A stretch of DNA of 48,871 bases from an uncultured Candidatus Saccharibacteria bacterium (GCA_937996675.1 CALKUN010000113.1:1-48871), one strand, 5' to 3'; positions 36,310-45,347 are shown, numbered from the stretch's first letter. The notes: a model not told the origin generated them from the sequence alone. Numbers and translations are program-made.

Positions 36310-36782
36310 TTATCCTCGGTGTAGACCCCGGCACTGCTACTACAGGATTTGGTGTGATCCGCGTGGAGAAAGGCCGCTCGACCATGCTCGACTGTGGCAT
36401 CATCTCGACGCCAAAAGACTTAGCGCACGCTGAGCGCTTGCGTATTCTCTACGATGACCTGAGCGAACTCATCGCCTATCACAAGCCGGTGCGGGTAGGC
36501 GTGGAGAAGCTTTTTTTCTCATCAAATATTACGACAGCCATGGCCGTGAGCGAGGCGCGCGGAGTTGTTCTGCTCGCCATTGAGCAAGCAGGACTGGAGC
36601 TCGCTGAGTTCACGCCGACTCAAGTGAAGCAGGCTACAACAGGCTATGGGCAGGCGAAGAAAAAACAAATGCAAGCCATGGTACAAAAGATATTGCAGCT
36701 AGAGGTAGTCCCACAGCCCGACGATGCCGCTGATGCACTGGCTATCGCCCTCGCTGCTGCCCACATGATTACCCCGCGATAG
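36306..36782 (+). CDS. ruvC: Holliday junction resolvase RuvC
   Basis: IILGVDPGTATTGFGVI N-terminus and C-terminal DDAADALAIAL. Confidence 0.95.
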   Translation: MIILGVDPGTATTGFGVIRVEKGRSTMLDCGIISTPKDLAHAERLRILYDDLSELIAYHKPVRVGVEKLFFSSNITTAMAVSEARGVVLLAIEQAGLELAEFTPTQVKQATTGYGQAKKKQMQAMVQKILQLEVVPQPDDAADALAIALAAAHMITPR

Positions 36783-36946
36783 GGCTCGGGTGAGCTCGAT
36801 CGCGGGGAGATTAACGCTTGTACGGACTGCGTTGAGTCCGAGGTCGGTAGAAGCGGGGAGGCGCTTCGCGGGTGGGACGGATGCATTTCGGCAAATGCGG
36901 CGAGTGAAAGAGGCGGATGAGGAAGGTTGGGGGATGAACGATCTGG

Positions 36947-37312
36947 CTAGGCAACCCGACCTCCGAAGCGGTGCCGCGCTGCGTCGATGTGTGCCTGAGA
37001 GCTGGCCGCGATGGCGCTCTGCTCCAAGTCGATGAGCTTATAGCGCTCGTCTCGCGCTCGTCGGTAGGCATTCAGCTCGATGGGCTTCATCCCACTTCGC
37101 ATGTCCACCATGGTGTTGGTTCTCAGCGCGTCTTCGAGACACGAAACCTCAACCCGACAACCGGTACAAGCCTTTTGAGCCCGTTCGGTGACGGTGGGGC
37201 AGCAGAATTCTTCGTGCTGCATGTCCTTACAACCAGCCTCAGCTCGCCAGGGCTGTTGACTGAAGCTCACTCCACCACAGGGGTGGGGCGAGTGTGCCGT
37301 GGGTCGCCCCAT
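36947..37312 (-). CDS. GC-rich WhiB-like (Wbl) iron-sulfur protein
   Basis: W-x5-C ... C-TG-C-RVEVS-C-LEDAL reproduces the Wbl pattern C-x(n)-C-x2-C-x5-C (compare the M. tuberculosis WhiB1 segment VCNRCPVTTECLSWAL). A basic region AYRRARDERY follows. ATG 37312 has a GGGAG SD 7 nt upstream. An alternative TTG at 37336 has AAGAGG 5 nt upstream. A hand count of line 36961 gave about 70% G+C. Confidence 0.6.
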   Translation of the reverse strand: MGRPTAHSPHPCGGVSFSQQPWRAEAGCKDMQHEEFCCPTVTERAQKACTGCRVEVSCLEDALRTNTMVDMRSGMKPIELNAYRRARDERYKLIDLEQSAIAASSQAHIDAARHRFGGRVA

Positions 37313-37368
37313 GACGATACTCCCGGTAACCGTCAAAAGAACCTCTTTTCTATCGTAGGGTGCTGATA

Positions 37369-37383
37369 CTTGTAGAATACAAG
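37369..37383. promoter_or_regulatory. Perfect inverted repeat in the WhiB-like / ruvA divergent intergenic region
   Basis: CTTGTA-GAA-TACAAG. It overlaps a possible TTGTAT -35 for the WhiB-like gene, with TACGAT 19 nt downstream on the minus strand. Confidence 0.35.
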
Positions 37384-37413
37384 ACCGGTCATGCTCTCCA
37401 CAAGGGGATAGTT

Positions 37414-37442
37414 TTGGCTTGTGTTCGCTGTACCGGTATAAT
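37414..37442 (+). promoter_or_regulatory. sigma70-type promoter for ruvA-ruvB
   Basis: TTGGCT (37414-37419), a 17-nt spacer, then TATAAT (37437-37442), 7 nt before ATG 37450. Confidence 0.6.
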
Positions 37443-37449
37443 GGGAGGA

Positions 37450-38010
37450 ATGATTGCATTACTACAGGGTGAGGTAGTTTCGAAGGGGAGTGATAGTCTC
37501 ACGCTTCTGGTTGGTGGTGTTGGATATGACCTCGCAGTACCGAGCCGTGATATGCACCACTTGGCACTTGGCGAGCTTCAAACCTTCTATGTTGCCGAGC
37601 AGATTCGCGAAGATGCCTATGACCTCTATGGGTATATGGAAGAGGCTGAGAAACGGCTGCATTTCAAGCTCGTGACGGTGCAGGGGATAGGGCCACGCAT
37701 GGCGCACGCTATTCTGTCGGTCTATGACGCAGCGACGTTTGCGGAGATCATCGAACATGAAGACTTAGTGCGACTCGGTCAAGTATCTGGGGTGGGCAAG
37801 AAGACTGCTCAACGCATGTTGCTCGACCTCAAGGGCAAGCTCGTTGACGTAGCGAGCGGCGAAGGCATGGTGAGTGATGATCCGGCTCTGATGGCGCTCG
37901 TACAGCTCGGCTTTAGCCGTGATCAGGCGAGTCAGTCACTGAAGAATATTGATAGCACGCAGCCCACCAGCGAGCGAGTGCGTGAGGCGCTGAAGGGGAT
38001 ACAGGGATGA
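37450..38010 (+). CDS. ruvA: Holliday junction helicase subunit RuvA
   Basis: [10 protein letters not shown]-terminus, HhH motifs ([24 protein letters not shown]), and a C-terminal domain III. Confidence 0.93.
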   Translation: MIALLQGEVVSKGSDSLTLLVGGVGYDLAVPSRDMHHLALGELQTFYVAEQIREDAYDLYGYMEEAEKRLHFKLVTVQGIGPRMAHAILSVYDAATFAEIIEHEDLVRLGQVSGVGKKTAQRMLLDLKGKLVDVASGEGMVSDDPALMALVQLGFSRDQASQSLKNIDSTQPTSERVREALKGIQG

Positions 38011-39053
38011 TCGAGCGACCAGCTGAAGAGCTACGCCCCGAAGCACTACCAACTGACGATGTGGTCGTCGAAGAGACACTGCGTCCGCGAGCCTTTGATG
38101 ATTACGTTGGTCAGCGTCAGGCGATTGACTCGCTGAAGGTGGCTATCCAGGCAGCCAAGCAGCGTGGCGATGCGCTGGACCATGTCTTACTCTATGGTCC
38201 TCCAGGGCTCGGGAAGACGACGCTGGCACATATCGTGGCCAACGAAATGGGCGCACAGCTGAAGATCACATCTGGCCCGGCCATTGAGCGAGCCGGCGAT
38301 CTGGCTAGTCTCCTTACGAACCTGAATGAAGGCGATATGCTTTTTATCGACGAAATTCACCGGCTGGGACGAACGGTCGAGGAGATACTCTATCCAGCGA
38401 TGGAAGATTATGCGATCGACATCATGCTTGGCAAGGGACCATCAGCTCAGTCACTACGACTCGACTTGCCGCCGATTACTATCATCGGTGCCACCACCCG
38501 GTATGGCGCGCTGTCTGGACCGCTGCGCGATCGCTTCGGGCTCATCCATCGACTAGAGTTCTACAAGCCGGAAGAAATCGCTCAGATCCTGACGCGTTCG
38601 TCGAAGTTGCTGAACGTAGAGATTGAGCCAGAGTCTCTCACGATGTTGGCTGCTCGCTCCAGGCTCACTCCACGTATTGCAAATCGACTTATCAAACGAG
38701 TGCGAGATTATGCCGAGGTGCACAATAAGGGTCAAGTCGATGCGACGTCTCTTGACTCTGCCTTGGGTCTTCTGGAAATTGATGCACTTGGCCTCGATAG
38801 CTCTGACCGCCGTCTCCTCCAGACGCTCGTCGATCACTACCAAGGTGGTCCAGCCGGCGTCGAAGCGCTTGCCGCCGCTCTGTCTGAAGAGCGCCAGACG
38901 ATTGAGGATGTGATTGAACCGTATTTGATCCAAGTCGGGCTCCTCAAACGCACAACCCGGGGCCGTCAATTGAGCAATCAAGGCTGGAAGCATCTTGGGT
39001 ATACGCCGCCTACCCCGGACGTCGCCCAGCCCTCGCTCGATCTTGAGGAATAA
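38007..39053 (+). CDS. ruvB: Holliday junction helicase RuvB
   Basis: LRP..FDDYVGQ, Walker [10 protein letters not shown], and DEIHRL. ATGA overlap with ruvA. Confidence 0.97.
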   Translation: MIERPAEELRPEALPTDDVVVEETLRPRAFDDYVGQRQAIDSLKVAIQAAKQRGDALDHVLLYGPPGLGKTTLAHIVANEMGAQLKITSGPAIERAGDLASLLTNLNEGDMLFIDEIHRLGRTVEEILYPAMEDYAIDIMLGKGPSAQSLRLDLPPITIIGATTRYGALSGPLRDRFGLIHRLEFYKPEEIAQILTRSSKLLNVEIEPESLTMLAARSRLTPRIANRLIKRVRDYAEVHNKGQVDATSLDSALGLLEIDALGLDSSDRRLLQTLVDHYQGGPAGVEALAAALSEERQTIEDVIEPYLIQVGLLKRTTRGRQLSNQGWKHLGYTPPTPDVAQPSLDLEE

Positions 39054-39067
39054 GCTAAGATAACTGT

Positions 39068-39697
39068 ATGCAAGAACGACCCGAAGCCTGTACATTTCCC
39101 GGCCAGGACGACGATGAAGTCGTCCAGATTCTCATCTACAAGCATATCTTCTCTGTCTTGCCGGTGTTTGTCGTATCGATAGCTACCTTCATCGGCGGGT
39201 TGTTTCTCCTGGCCTACGCGGCATCCGGCGCTGCCTTACGCATCCCAAGCGACTTCGGGGCAACCGGCTCGACGGACACGATTGGTTTTCCGCTCATCAC
39301 ATTGAGTTTAATCATTATAGTCATTGGAGTGTTGCTTGGAGTCGGCGCGCTGTATGTCTGGCGACAGAATAAGATGCTCATCACGAATGAGAATGTGGTT
39401 GATATTGATCAGCACGGGATATTCGGCCGCGTGATCTCTACTCTCCGACTCAGCCGCGTGCAGGACGTCACCGTTCAGGTGAAGGGGCCGATGCAGACAA
39501 TGTTCAAGTATGGCACGATCAATATCCAGACAGCTGGTGAGAAAGACCTGTTTGAGTTTGATTATGTACCCGATCCATACGAGGTGAAGGCGCGAGTTCA
39601 GGATCTCTTCGAAAAGTTTGTTGAGAACAAGCCGCATGAAGGCGATGGTGTGCGGCACACCAAGACCCTGGACGAAGAAGCACTGGTTGACGAATAG
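39068..39697 (+). CDS. Bacterial PH domain (bPH_2 / YdbT-like) membrane protein
   Basis: Two TM helices are followed by ITNENVVDIDQHGIFGR...VQDVTVQ...GTINIQTAG, typical of bPH_2/DUF304. Confidence 0.7.
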   Translation: MQERPEACTFPGQDDDEVVQILIYKHIFSVLPVFVVSIATFIGGLFLLAYAASGAALRIPSDFGATGSTDTIGFPLITLSLIIIVIGVLLGVGALYVWRQNKMLITNENVVDIDQHGIFGRVISTLRLSRVQDVTVQVKGPMQTMFKYGTINIQTAGEKDLFEFDYVPDPYEVKARVQDLFEKFVENKPHEGDGVRHTKTLDEEALVDE

Positions 39698-39716
39698 ACC
39701 TTACAAGGCTTGAACT

Positions 39717-39744
39717 AAAAATGACCGCCAGGAGCGGTCATTTT
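39717..39744. terminator. Bidirectional terminator between the PH-domain gene and the pilin gene
   Basis: AAAA-ATGACCGC-CAGGA-GCGGTCAT-TTT. Confidence 0.75.
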
Positions 39745-39765
39745 AGTAACGTACCATTTTGGGGT

Positions 39766-40188
39766 CTACTGAGAGCTAGTTATTTCGTATGTACGACTAT
39801 TGTTAGCATTAGATTTGATATCCTTGTCGTTTTCATACTCGAGGGTAGTTTGGACTGTATAGCTCGAATAAGTTGGTCCGCCAGCTGGGGCTGGAGTATA
39901 GGTGTAGTCTTTGCCCGTCTTCGGGTCTTGTGGCACCGAAGGAATGTACCCGGCTGAGCCAGCTGTGAGCGCGCTGAGTGCGGCTGGGTAGTTTGAGTTG
40001 TCGTTGTAGTATTGCTCAAGACCATCCTTGATCGAGCGGAGGTCGGCTTTGCGTCGTGCATCACGCGCTCGAGCTGGTCCAGCGATGAGGTTTGGTAGTA
40101 CGAGTAAAAGTAGGATGCCGATAATGACGACGACGATCAAGAGTTCGAGGAGGGTAAAACCCTTTTGTTTATGAAGACCAAATAGCAT
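39766..40188 (-). CDS. Type IV pilin / pseudopilin with prepilin-type N-terminal methylation motif
   Basis: KGFTLLELLIVVVIIGIL prepilin cleavage/methylation signature after a short leader. Confidence 0.9.
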   Translation of the reverse strand: MLFGLHKQKGFTLLELLIVVVIIGILLLLVLPNLIAGPARARDARRKADLRSIKDGLEQYYNDNSNYPAALSALTAGSAGYIPSVPQDPKTGKDYTYTPAPAGGPTYSSYTVQTTLEYENDKDIKSNANNSRTYEITSSQ

Positions 40189-40248
40189 GGTGTGGCAACG
40201 CTCCGGTGTGTATTAATAGTGGATATTCGTAATCGAAAGCTAGTATGG

Positions 40249-40278
40249 ATTATAAGCGCTTATGATTAGGTCAGTCAA
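40249..40278 (-). promoter_or_regulatory. sigma70-type promoter for the pilin gene
   Basis: On the minus strand TTGACT (40278-40273), an 18-nt spacer, then TATAAT (40254-40249). Confidence 0.5.
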
Positions 40279-40295
40279 TCAAGAGCCAGCTGTGG

Positions 40296-41810
40296 CTAGG
40301 TGGCAGCTAGAGGAATGATCTCTTCAGCTGTAGTCATACCTTGGAGTGCTTTGATGAATCCATCTTCCTGCAGAGTTAACATCCCGTCATTGGCGGACTT
40401 CTTCTGAATGTCCTCAGCTGTGGCGCGCTCCGTAACGAGCTTAATGATGTGAGGCGTTACATCAAGTACTTCAAAGACGCCGACACGTCCGAAATAGCCC
40501 GTCATGCTGCACTGGGTACAACCTTTGGCCCGATAGAGCTTGAGATCTGAAGGGCTATAGTTGCGACCACTAGATTTAAACTTGGCATGCTTAGACGCTT
40601 CGTCATCATCATTGATCCCGGCACGCTCAATGAGGCTGGGGTCGGCTGCGATGCGGTCCAGGATGCCGCCGCGATCGGTGACGAGATCATCTGGCACGGG
40701 AATAGTCTTACGGTTCTCGCCGTTAGCATTCTTGTTTGTGCGAGAGTTCTCCTCGGACAAAGCCGGAAGGCTGTCAGGATAGTCACCTGTGTCTTCAAGC
40801 GAGTGGAAGACTTCGATGGCGCGGTGAATCGGGAAAGACTCTCCGATACGTGCTAGTTCATCCGTTGATACGGTGTATGTCTCTCGACAGTCGGGGCAAA
40901 GTCTACGCACGAGCCGTTGAGCAACGACTGTCTTGACTGATGTCGCTACAACAAAAGGCTCAACGTTCATATTGATGAGATGAGGAAACGCACTGGCAGC
41001 ATTCTTGGTGTAGAGTCCGGCAAAGACGGGGTGACCACTCATAGTAGCCTGCATGGCAAGATTGGCAGTCTCGTTGTCTCGGAGTTCCCCAACCATAATG
41101 ACGTTTGGATCTTGGCGCAACACAGCGCGGAGTGAGTTGGCAAACGACATGCCACTGCGGGTGTCGACCTGCACTTGGTTGATCCCTGGGACAGCATACT
41201 CGACCGGGTCTTCGATCGTAGAGATGTTGGCATCTTTGGCGTTGATGGCGCCAAGCATGGAATACAGCGTGGTCGACTTGCCTGAGCCAGTCGGTCCGGT
41301 GACGATGGTCATACCTTGGCCACGCTTGAGCTGATGTTCGATCTCGTGTAGGGCGGGTGTGGCGATGCCGAGGTTATCAAGAGGGCGGATCTTACTGGCA
41401 TCATCGAGAATGCGAATGACCACCTTTTCACCGCCTACGACTGGCAGAACTGAGATACGAGCTTCGATAGTTTCGCTCCCGATCGTGTACTTGAGGCGAC
41501 CGTTCTGAGGTACTACACATTCGTCGGCTTTGAGCTGCGCCATGAGCTTGATGCGGCCGGTGACGGCTGGAGCAATCTGATGAGGCACGGTCATAACATC
41601 CCTTAGTGTGCCATCGATACGAAATCGTACCTGGACGAGGGTTTCGTGTGGTTCGATATGAATATCGGTGGCCCGTGTGTCGTGAGCTTGTTGCAGGATC
41701 AAGTCTACTGCCTGGGTGATGGGCGCATCCACAGGTGTCTCAGCTGGCACGGGCGGTGCGGCTGTGGCTATCTTTACTGGGGCTGGGAGGGGGAGATTAG
41801 CGGGCGACAT
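40296..41810 (-). CDS. pilB: Type IV pilus assembly ATPase (PilB/GspE family)
   Basis: Walker A GPTGSGKST, Asp box, Walker B VIMVGELRD, His box, and a tetracysteine motif (CPDC...CTQC). Confidence 0.92.
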   Translation of the reverse strand: MSPANLPLPAPVKIATAAPPVPAETPVDAPITQAVDLILQQAHDTRATDIHIEPHETLVQVRFRIDGTLRDVMTVPHQIAPAVTGRIKLMAQLKADECVVPQNGRLKYTIGSETIEARISVLPVVGGEKVVIRILDDASKIRPLDNLGIATPALHEIEHQLKRGQGMTIVTGPTGSGKSTTLYSMLGAINAKDANISTIEDPVEYAVPGINQVQVDTRSGMSFANSLRAVLRQDPNVIMVGELRDNETANLAMQATMSGHPVFAGLYTKNAASAFPHLINMNVEPFVVATSVKTVVAQRLVRRLCPDCRETYTVSTDELARIGESFPIHRAIEVFHSLEDTGDYPDSLPALSEENSRTNKNANGENRKTIPVPDDLVTDRGGILDRIAADPSLIERAGINDDDEASKHAKFKSSGRNYSPSDLKLYRAKGCTQCSMTGYFGRVGVFEVLDVTPHIIKLVTERATAEDIQKKSANDGMLTLQEDGFIKALQGMTTAEEIIPLAAT

Positions 41811-41923
41811 ACTTACATATATTTTAGCATAAGGGGGATAGATAGTTGCCTACGAAACTGCATGCGCTTTACTTTCGGTTTTGGGTGCGACTATTATCAC
41901 CGTATAACGAGGGGAGGGGAAAT

Positions 41924-43222
41924 ATGAAGCCGGGATATATCAAGTATGGCCTGATGATCGGTGCCCTGTTCTTTTCAGGAGGTGCCGTCCAGCACGTCTC
42001 TGCAGCATCTGATCCCTCCTCGCTACTTATTCAATCGGTACAGCTTGGATCGGGCGCCGATGCAACTGACGAATATGTCAGGGTTATCAATACCAGCACG
42101 CAGTCGGTCGAAACTAAGGGACTCACTATCGAGTATAAGGCCGCGACTGGCACCTCGTGGGCCAAAAAAGCGTCAGTAGGTGAGAGCCATGTACTCTCCC
42201 CTGGCGCCACGCTTACTGTGGCGAGTAAGCAGGCTCACGATGTACCACTCACGGCCGGGCTCGCTCAAGCCGGCGGTAATCTTCGGCTCGTTCTGACCTC
42301 TAAAACTTTGGACCAGCTCGCGTGGGGTAAGGGGGATAGCCCGGAGGGAAAAGCCATCTCGGCTCCAGCTATCGGCCAAACGATCGATAGGGTCTGTACG
42401 GTCACTTGTCAGGACACGAACGACAATAGTGCGGATTTTGAACTGAGAGGCACTGCAGATGGTAGCGTTCGGGTAGAGCCTGTGTCGCTCGATGATGCCT
42501 CGGCTGCATACTCAATTGAGATAACAGAGCTCTTCCCTGATCCAGCGAGCCCACAGACTGATGCGCAGGATGAATATATCGAGATCTTTAATGCTGGGGA
42601 TCGGACAGCTATTCTTGTCGGCTGGAAACTGGTGAGTGGTAAGCAGTCTTATAAGCTTGATGGCGTACAACTGACGGCTGGTCAGTATCTGGCGCTCAGC
42701 TCGGCTACGACAAAGCTTGGTCTGACCAATACTGGTGACACAGTCTCACTTCTCGATGCGTCTGGAGGCGAAGTCATGACAACGCCAAACTATGCAGCTG
42801 CAAAGTCTGGCAAGTCCTTCGGTGTGACGGATGGCGGCTGGGCTTGGCTGGATCATCCAACACCAAGTGCAGTGAACGCCGGGGTACTCATGGAAGGGCT
42901 GGTGCCCGAGAAGACGCCGAAAACAACTGACAAAAAAGCCACAACTACCAAGAAAGCAACCGCTAGCTCCAAGGCTACTTCGGCAAAATCTGTCTCCAGC
43001 GCGGTCAAAGAAGCAGCCAAGTCTACCTCCACTGAGGGTGATTCGGAGTCTTCAACAACCTTCTCGAGTGGATGGGTGCTGGCTATCTTGGGGATATTCG
43101 CGATAGGATATGGGGTATATGAATACCGACCAGAACTTCTCAGTCTCTACACACGGCTCCGAGCAAAGTCTCAAGCTGGGCGAGAGCCTGTCAAAAATTC
43201 TCAAGCTGGGCGACGTCGTTGA
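41924..43222 (+). CDS. Surface protein with two lamin-tail domains (LTD) and a C-terminal TM anchor
   Basis: Signal peptide, then two LTD-like repeats (DEYVRVINTS...; ITELFPDPASPQTDAQDEYIEIFNAG), a Ser/Thr/Lys-rich stalk and a TM helix. The start is set at ATG 41924 after GGGGAGGGG. Confidence 0.75.
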   Translation: MKPGYIKYGLMIGALFFSGGAVQHVSAASDPSSLLIQSVQLGSGADATDEYVRVINTSTQSVETKGLTIEYKAATGTSWAKKASVGESHVLSPGATLTVASKQAHDVPLTAGLAQAGGNLRLVLTSKTLDQLAWGKGDSPEGKAISAPAIGQTIDRVCTVTCQDTNDNSADFELRGTADGSVRVEPVSLDDASAAYSIEITELFPDPASPQTDAQDEYIEIFNAGDRTAILVGWKLVSGKQSYKLDGVQLTAGQYLALSSATTKLGLTNTGDTVSLLDASGGEVMTTPNYAAAKSGKSFGVTDGGWAWLDHPTPSAVNAGVLMEGLVPEKTPKTTDKKATTTKKATASSKATSAKSVSSAVKEAAKSTSTEGDSESSTTFSSGWVLAILGIFAIGYGVYEYRPELLSLYTRLRAKSQAGREPVKNSQAGRRR

Positions 43223-43601
43223 GCTCGTCGGTGACCTCGGTGGCGGCAAGACCACGCTGGCCAAGGGCATTGCTGCAGGCATTGGCGTAATCGAGACAGT
43301 GACAAGCCCGACCTATAACATTCAGCGATCATACAAGATACCAACGGGTGGCTTGCTCGAACACTATGATCTCTACCGCCTGGGCGACGATGAGATCTTG
43401 CTCGACGAAATGCGTGAAGTGATTGAGGCCAAAGACGCGATCATAGTGGTCGAGTGGGCCGATCACTTCCAGCAGCATCTCATTGAAGACCGCTTCGTCG
43501 TGAATATTACCTTTGTGGATGACGACACACGAGAAGTGAAGATTGAGGCAACGGGGCCATCGACGAGTGAACGACTCGCGAAGCTGGAGTACACGGCATG
43601 A
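43110..43601 (+). CDS. tsaE: tRNA t6A biosynthesis ATPase TsaE
   Basis: GDLGGGKTTLAKGI P-loop and HYDLYRL motif. An alternative ATG is at 43119. It overlaps the LTD gene by more than 100 nt. Confidence 0.88.
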   Translation: MGYMNTDQNFSVSTHGSEQSLKLGESLSKILKLGDVVELVGDLGGGKTTLAKGIAAGIGVIETVTSPTYNIQRSYKIPTGGLLEHYDLYRLGDDEILLDEMREVIEAKDAIIVVEWADHFQQHLIEDRFVVNITFVDDDTREVKIEATGPSTSERLAKLEYTA

Positions 43602-43990
43602 TCCTGGCACTCCGCACCGATAAGCCTGAGGCAGAACTGCATCTACTTGATGTGAGTGGTGCTGAAGTAGCTACTTACTCCTGGGAGGCTCATCGCACGC
43701 TGGCTGCTACGCTCGTCGGTAAGATTGGTGAGTTTCTCGAGGAGAATAAAACGTCTACCAAAGAGCTCACAGGTCTCATAGTCTTCACTGGTGCGGGCTC
43801 ATTTACTGGTCTGCGTATCGGTACAACTGTCGCGAATGCGCTGGCATATTCAAATGAGATCCCAATTGTCGCAGGAGAAGGCGATGGGTGGATTATGGAT
43901 GGCTTGAAGAAATTACCTGGCGCCAAGCTCGAGCAGTACGTCATCCCGACCTATGATCGCGAACCAAATATCACGAAGCCAAAGAATTGA
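43598..43990 (+). CDS. tsaB: tRNA t6A biosynthesis protein TsaB (short, 130 aa)
   Basis: GAGSFTGLRIGTTVANALAY motif. ATGA overlap with tsaE. Confidence 0.85.
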   Translation: MILALRTDKPEAELHLLDVSGAEVATYSWEAHRTLAATLVGKIGEFLEENKTSTKELTGLIVFTGAGSFTGLRIGTTVANALAYSNEIPIVAGEGDGWIMDGLKKLPGAKLEQYVIPTYDREPNITKPKN

Positions 43991-43998
43991 TCACTAAT

Positions 43999-44832
43999 AT
44001 GAGCTCAGAACCCTCCTCTCTCGCCGCACCATTACTTGATCCGCGTATCCTACCTATCGGGTCCATTGTCCGCATGGATGCTGACGGCTACTTTCCTGAT
44101 AGCATTGGGCATCATCCCGTTACTTCGCCGTGGGATCAGCCGGCGCAAGAACTGGTTGCGGAATACAATGAGCGGTTGGGCAGTAGTCTACATAGTCTGT
44201 ACCTACGCGGCTCGCTCATCCGAGGTACGGCCATAGAAGGGGTGTCCGATGTTGATCTGTTGCTGCTTGTAGACGGGGATGCAGCCATCATCGATTGGAG
44301 TTGGCTCAGGCCTTTCCACGTCTCGCTTACAAAAAAATATCCATTTATGAATGGCGTAGATCTTGGAATTAACAACCTAGACCGCGTACTGAATGGTGAG
44401 AACAAAACCCGAGCCTTCTTGCTGAAGGTTATGTCAGAGTGTATCCAAGGAGAAGACATTCGTGGGCAACTGCCGCGCGTTAAGCTCGGACGCGATGCAC
44501 TCATTGCGCGTTGGCAATTTCGCGAAAGAACCAGCCCTGATTTCCTTGCTGGTAGCAAGGCAAGTCTTGAGGATCGAGTGAGCTTGATAGGCAAGCAAAT
44601 AGTTCGCGCTGGCATGGAGCTCGTGATGGAAGAGGAGGGGTACTACTCGCGGGATCTCTATCCTTGCTATGAGACTTTTGCGCGACATTATCCAGAAAAA
44701 GCCACCGTGATGGCGCGGGCTCTCACCCAAGCACTTTTTTCAGCCGAGAGCGAGGCTGACTTTGCTGAAATGCGCGATGACATTAGCCCGTGGCTCGCCA
44801 ATGAGCTTGATAAGAAGTATCCTGAACTATAG
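43999..44832 (+). CDS. Nucleotidyltransferase-domain protein (ANT/AadA-like architecture)
   Basis: LYLRGSLIRGTAIEGVSDVDLLLLV matches the GS-x(n)-DxD minimal nucleotidyltransferase fold. A helical C-terminal domain follows. Confidence 0.6.
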   Translation: MSSEPSSLAAPLLDPRILPIGSIVRMDADGYFPDSIGHHPVTSPWDQPAQELVAEYNERLGSSLHSLYLRGSLIRGTAIEGVSDVDLLLLVDGDAAIIDWSWLRPFHVSLTKKYPFMNGVDLGINNLDRVLNGENKTRAFLLKVMSECIQGEDIRGQLPRVKLGRDALIARWQFRERTSPDFLAGSKASLEDRVSLIGKQIVRAGMELVMEEEGYYSRDLYPCYETFARHYPEKATVMARALTQALFSAESEADFAEMRDDISPWLANELDKKYPEL

Positions 44833-45267
44833 TTGAGATAGTATTTTCTGGATATCTCTCTTAAAATTGGTGGGACTAATCCATTCAGTCTGGTTATCAG
44901 CATCTTTCTGCATATGCTCCATGAGATTAAGGAAGCAATATTCAGAAACATGTTCCGTGGTGGTAATCTGACTTTCATCGACTGTGACCCGATATACCAG
45001 CCAGAGGAGGTGCTGTCGCTCTTCAACATTTGCCCAAGGAGTGACGAGTATGGGCAGCGGTTCGATCTCGCCGCTACAACCGATCTCCTCAGTGAGCTCT
45101 CGATGCAATCCATCTATCGGATCTTCTCCCCAATCTAGTCCGCCACCTGGGAGATCCCAGTCGCGACCATTCTCTCGAACCATGAGCACTTGGCAGGCTT
45201 CGTTGGTGATGAGTGCACGTACCGAGACTCGGTAGTAGCAGTTGGGGATGTCTGGACCTAGCTTCAT
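44827..45267 (-). CDS. NUDIX hydrolase
   Basis: Nudix box GGGLDWGEDPIDGLHRELTEEIG. Confidence 0.88.
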   Translation of the reverse strand: MKLGPDIPNCYYRVSVRALITNEACQVLMVRENGRDWDLPGGGLDWGEDPIDGLHRELTEEIGCSGEIEPLPILVTPWANVEERQHLLWLVYRVTVDESQITTTEHVSEYCFLNLMEHMQKDADNQTEWISPTNFKRDIQKILSQL

Positions 45268-45347
45268 CTTACTAGTATATCCTGGAAATAGGTTTGCGAC
45301 ACGGGAGTAGCCAGGCTAAAATACTCTGGAACGAAAGGTATAAAAGA

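Noticed and set aside
36790-37071. ORFs 36790..37035 (+) and 36811..37071 (-) in the G+C-rich tract after ruvC
   Set aside because: They overlap the 3' end of the WhiB-like gene and have no SD or motif. The tract 36783-36946 is better treated as non-coding foreign flank. A small real ORF cannot be fully excluded.
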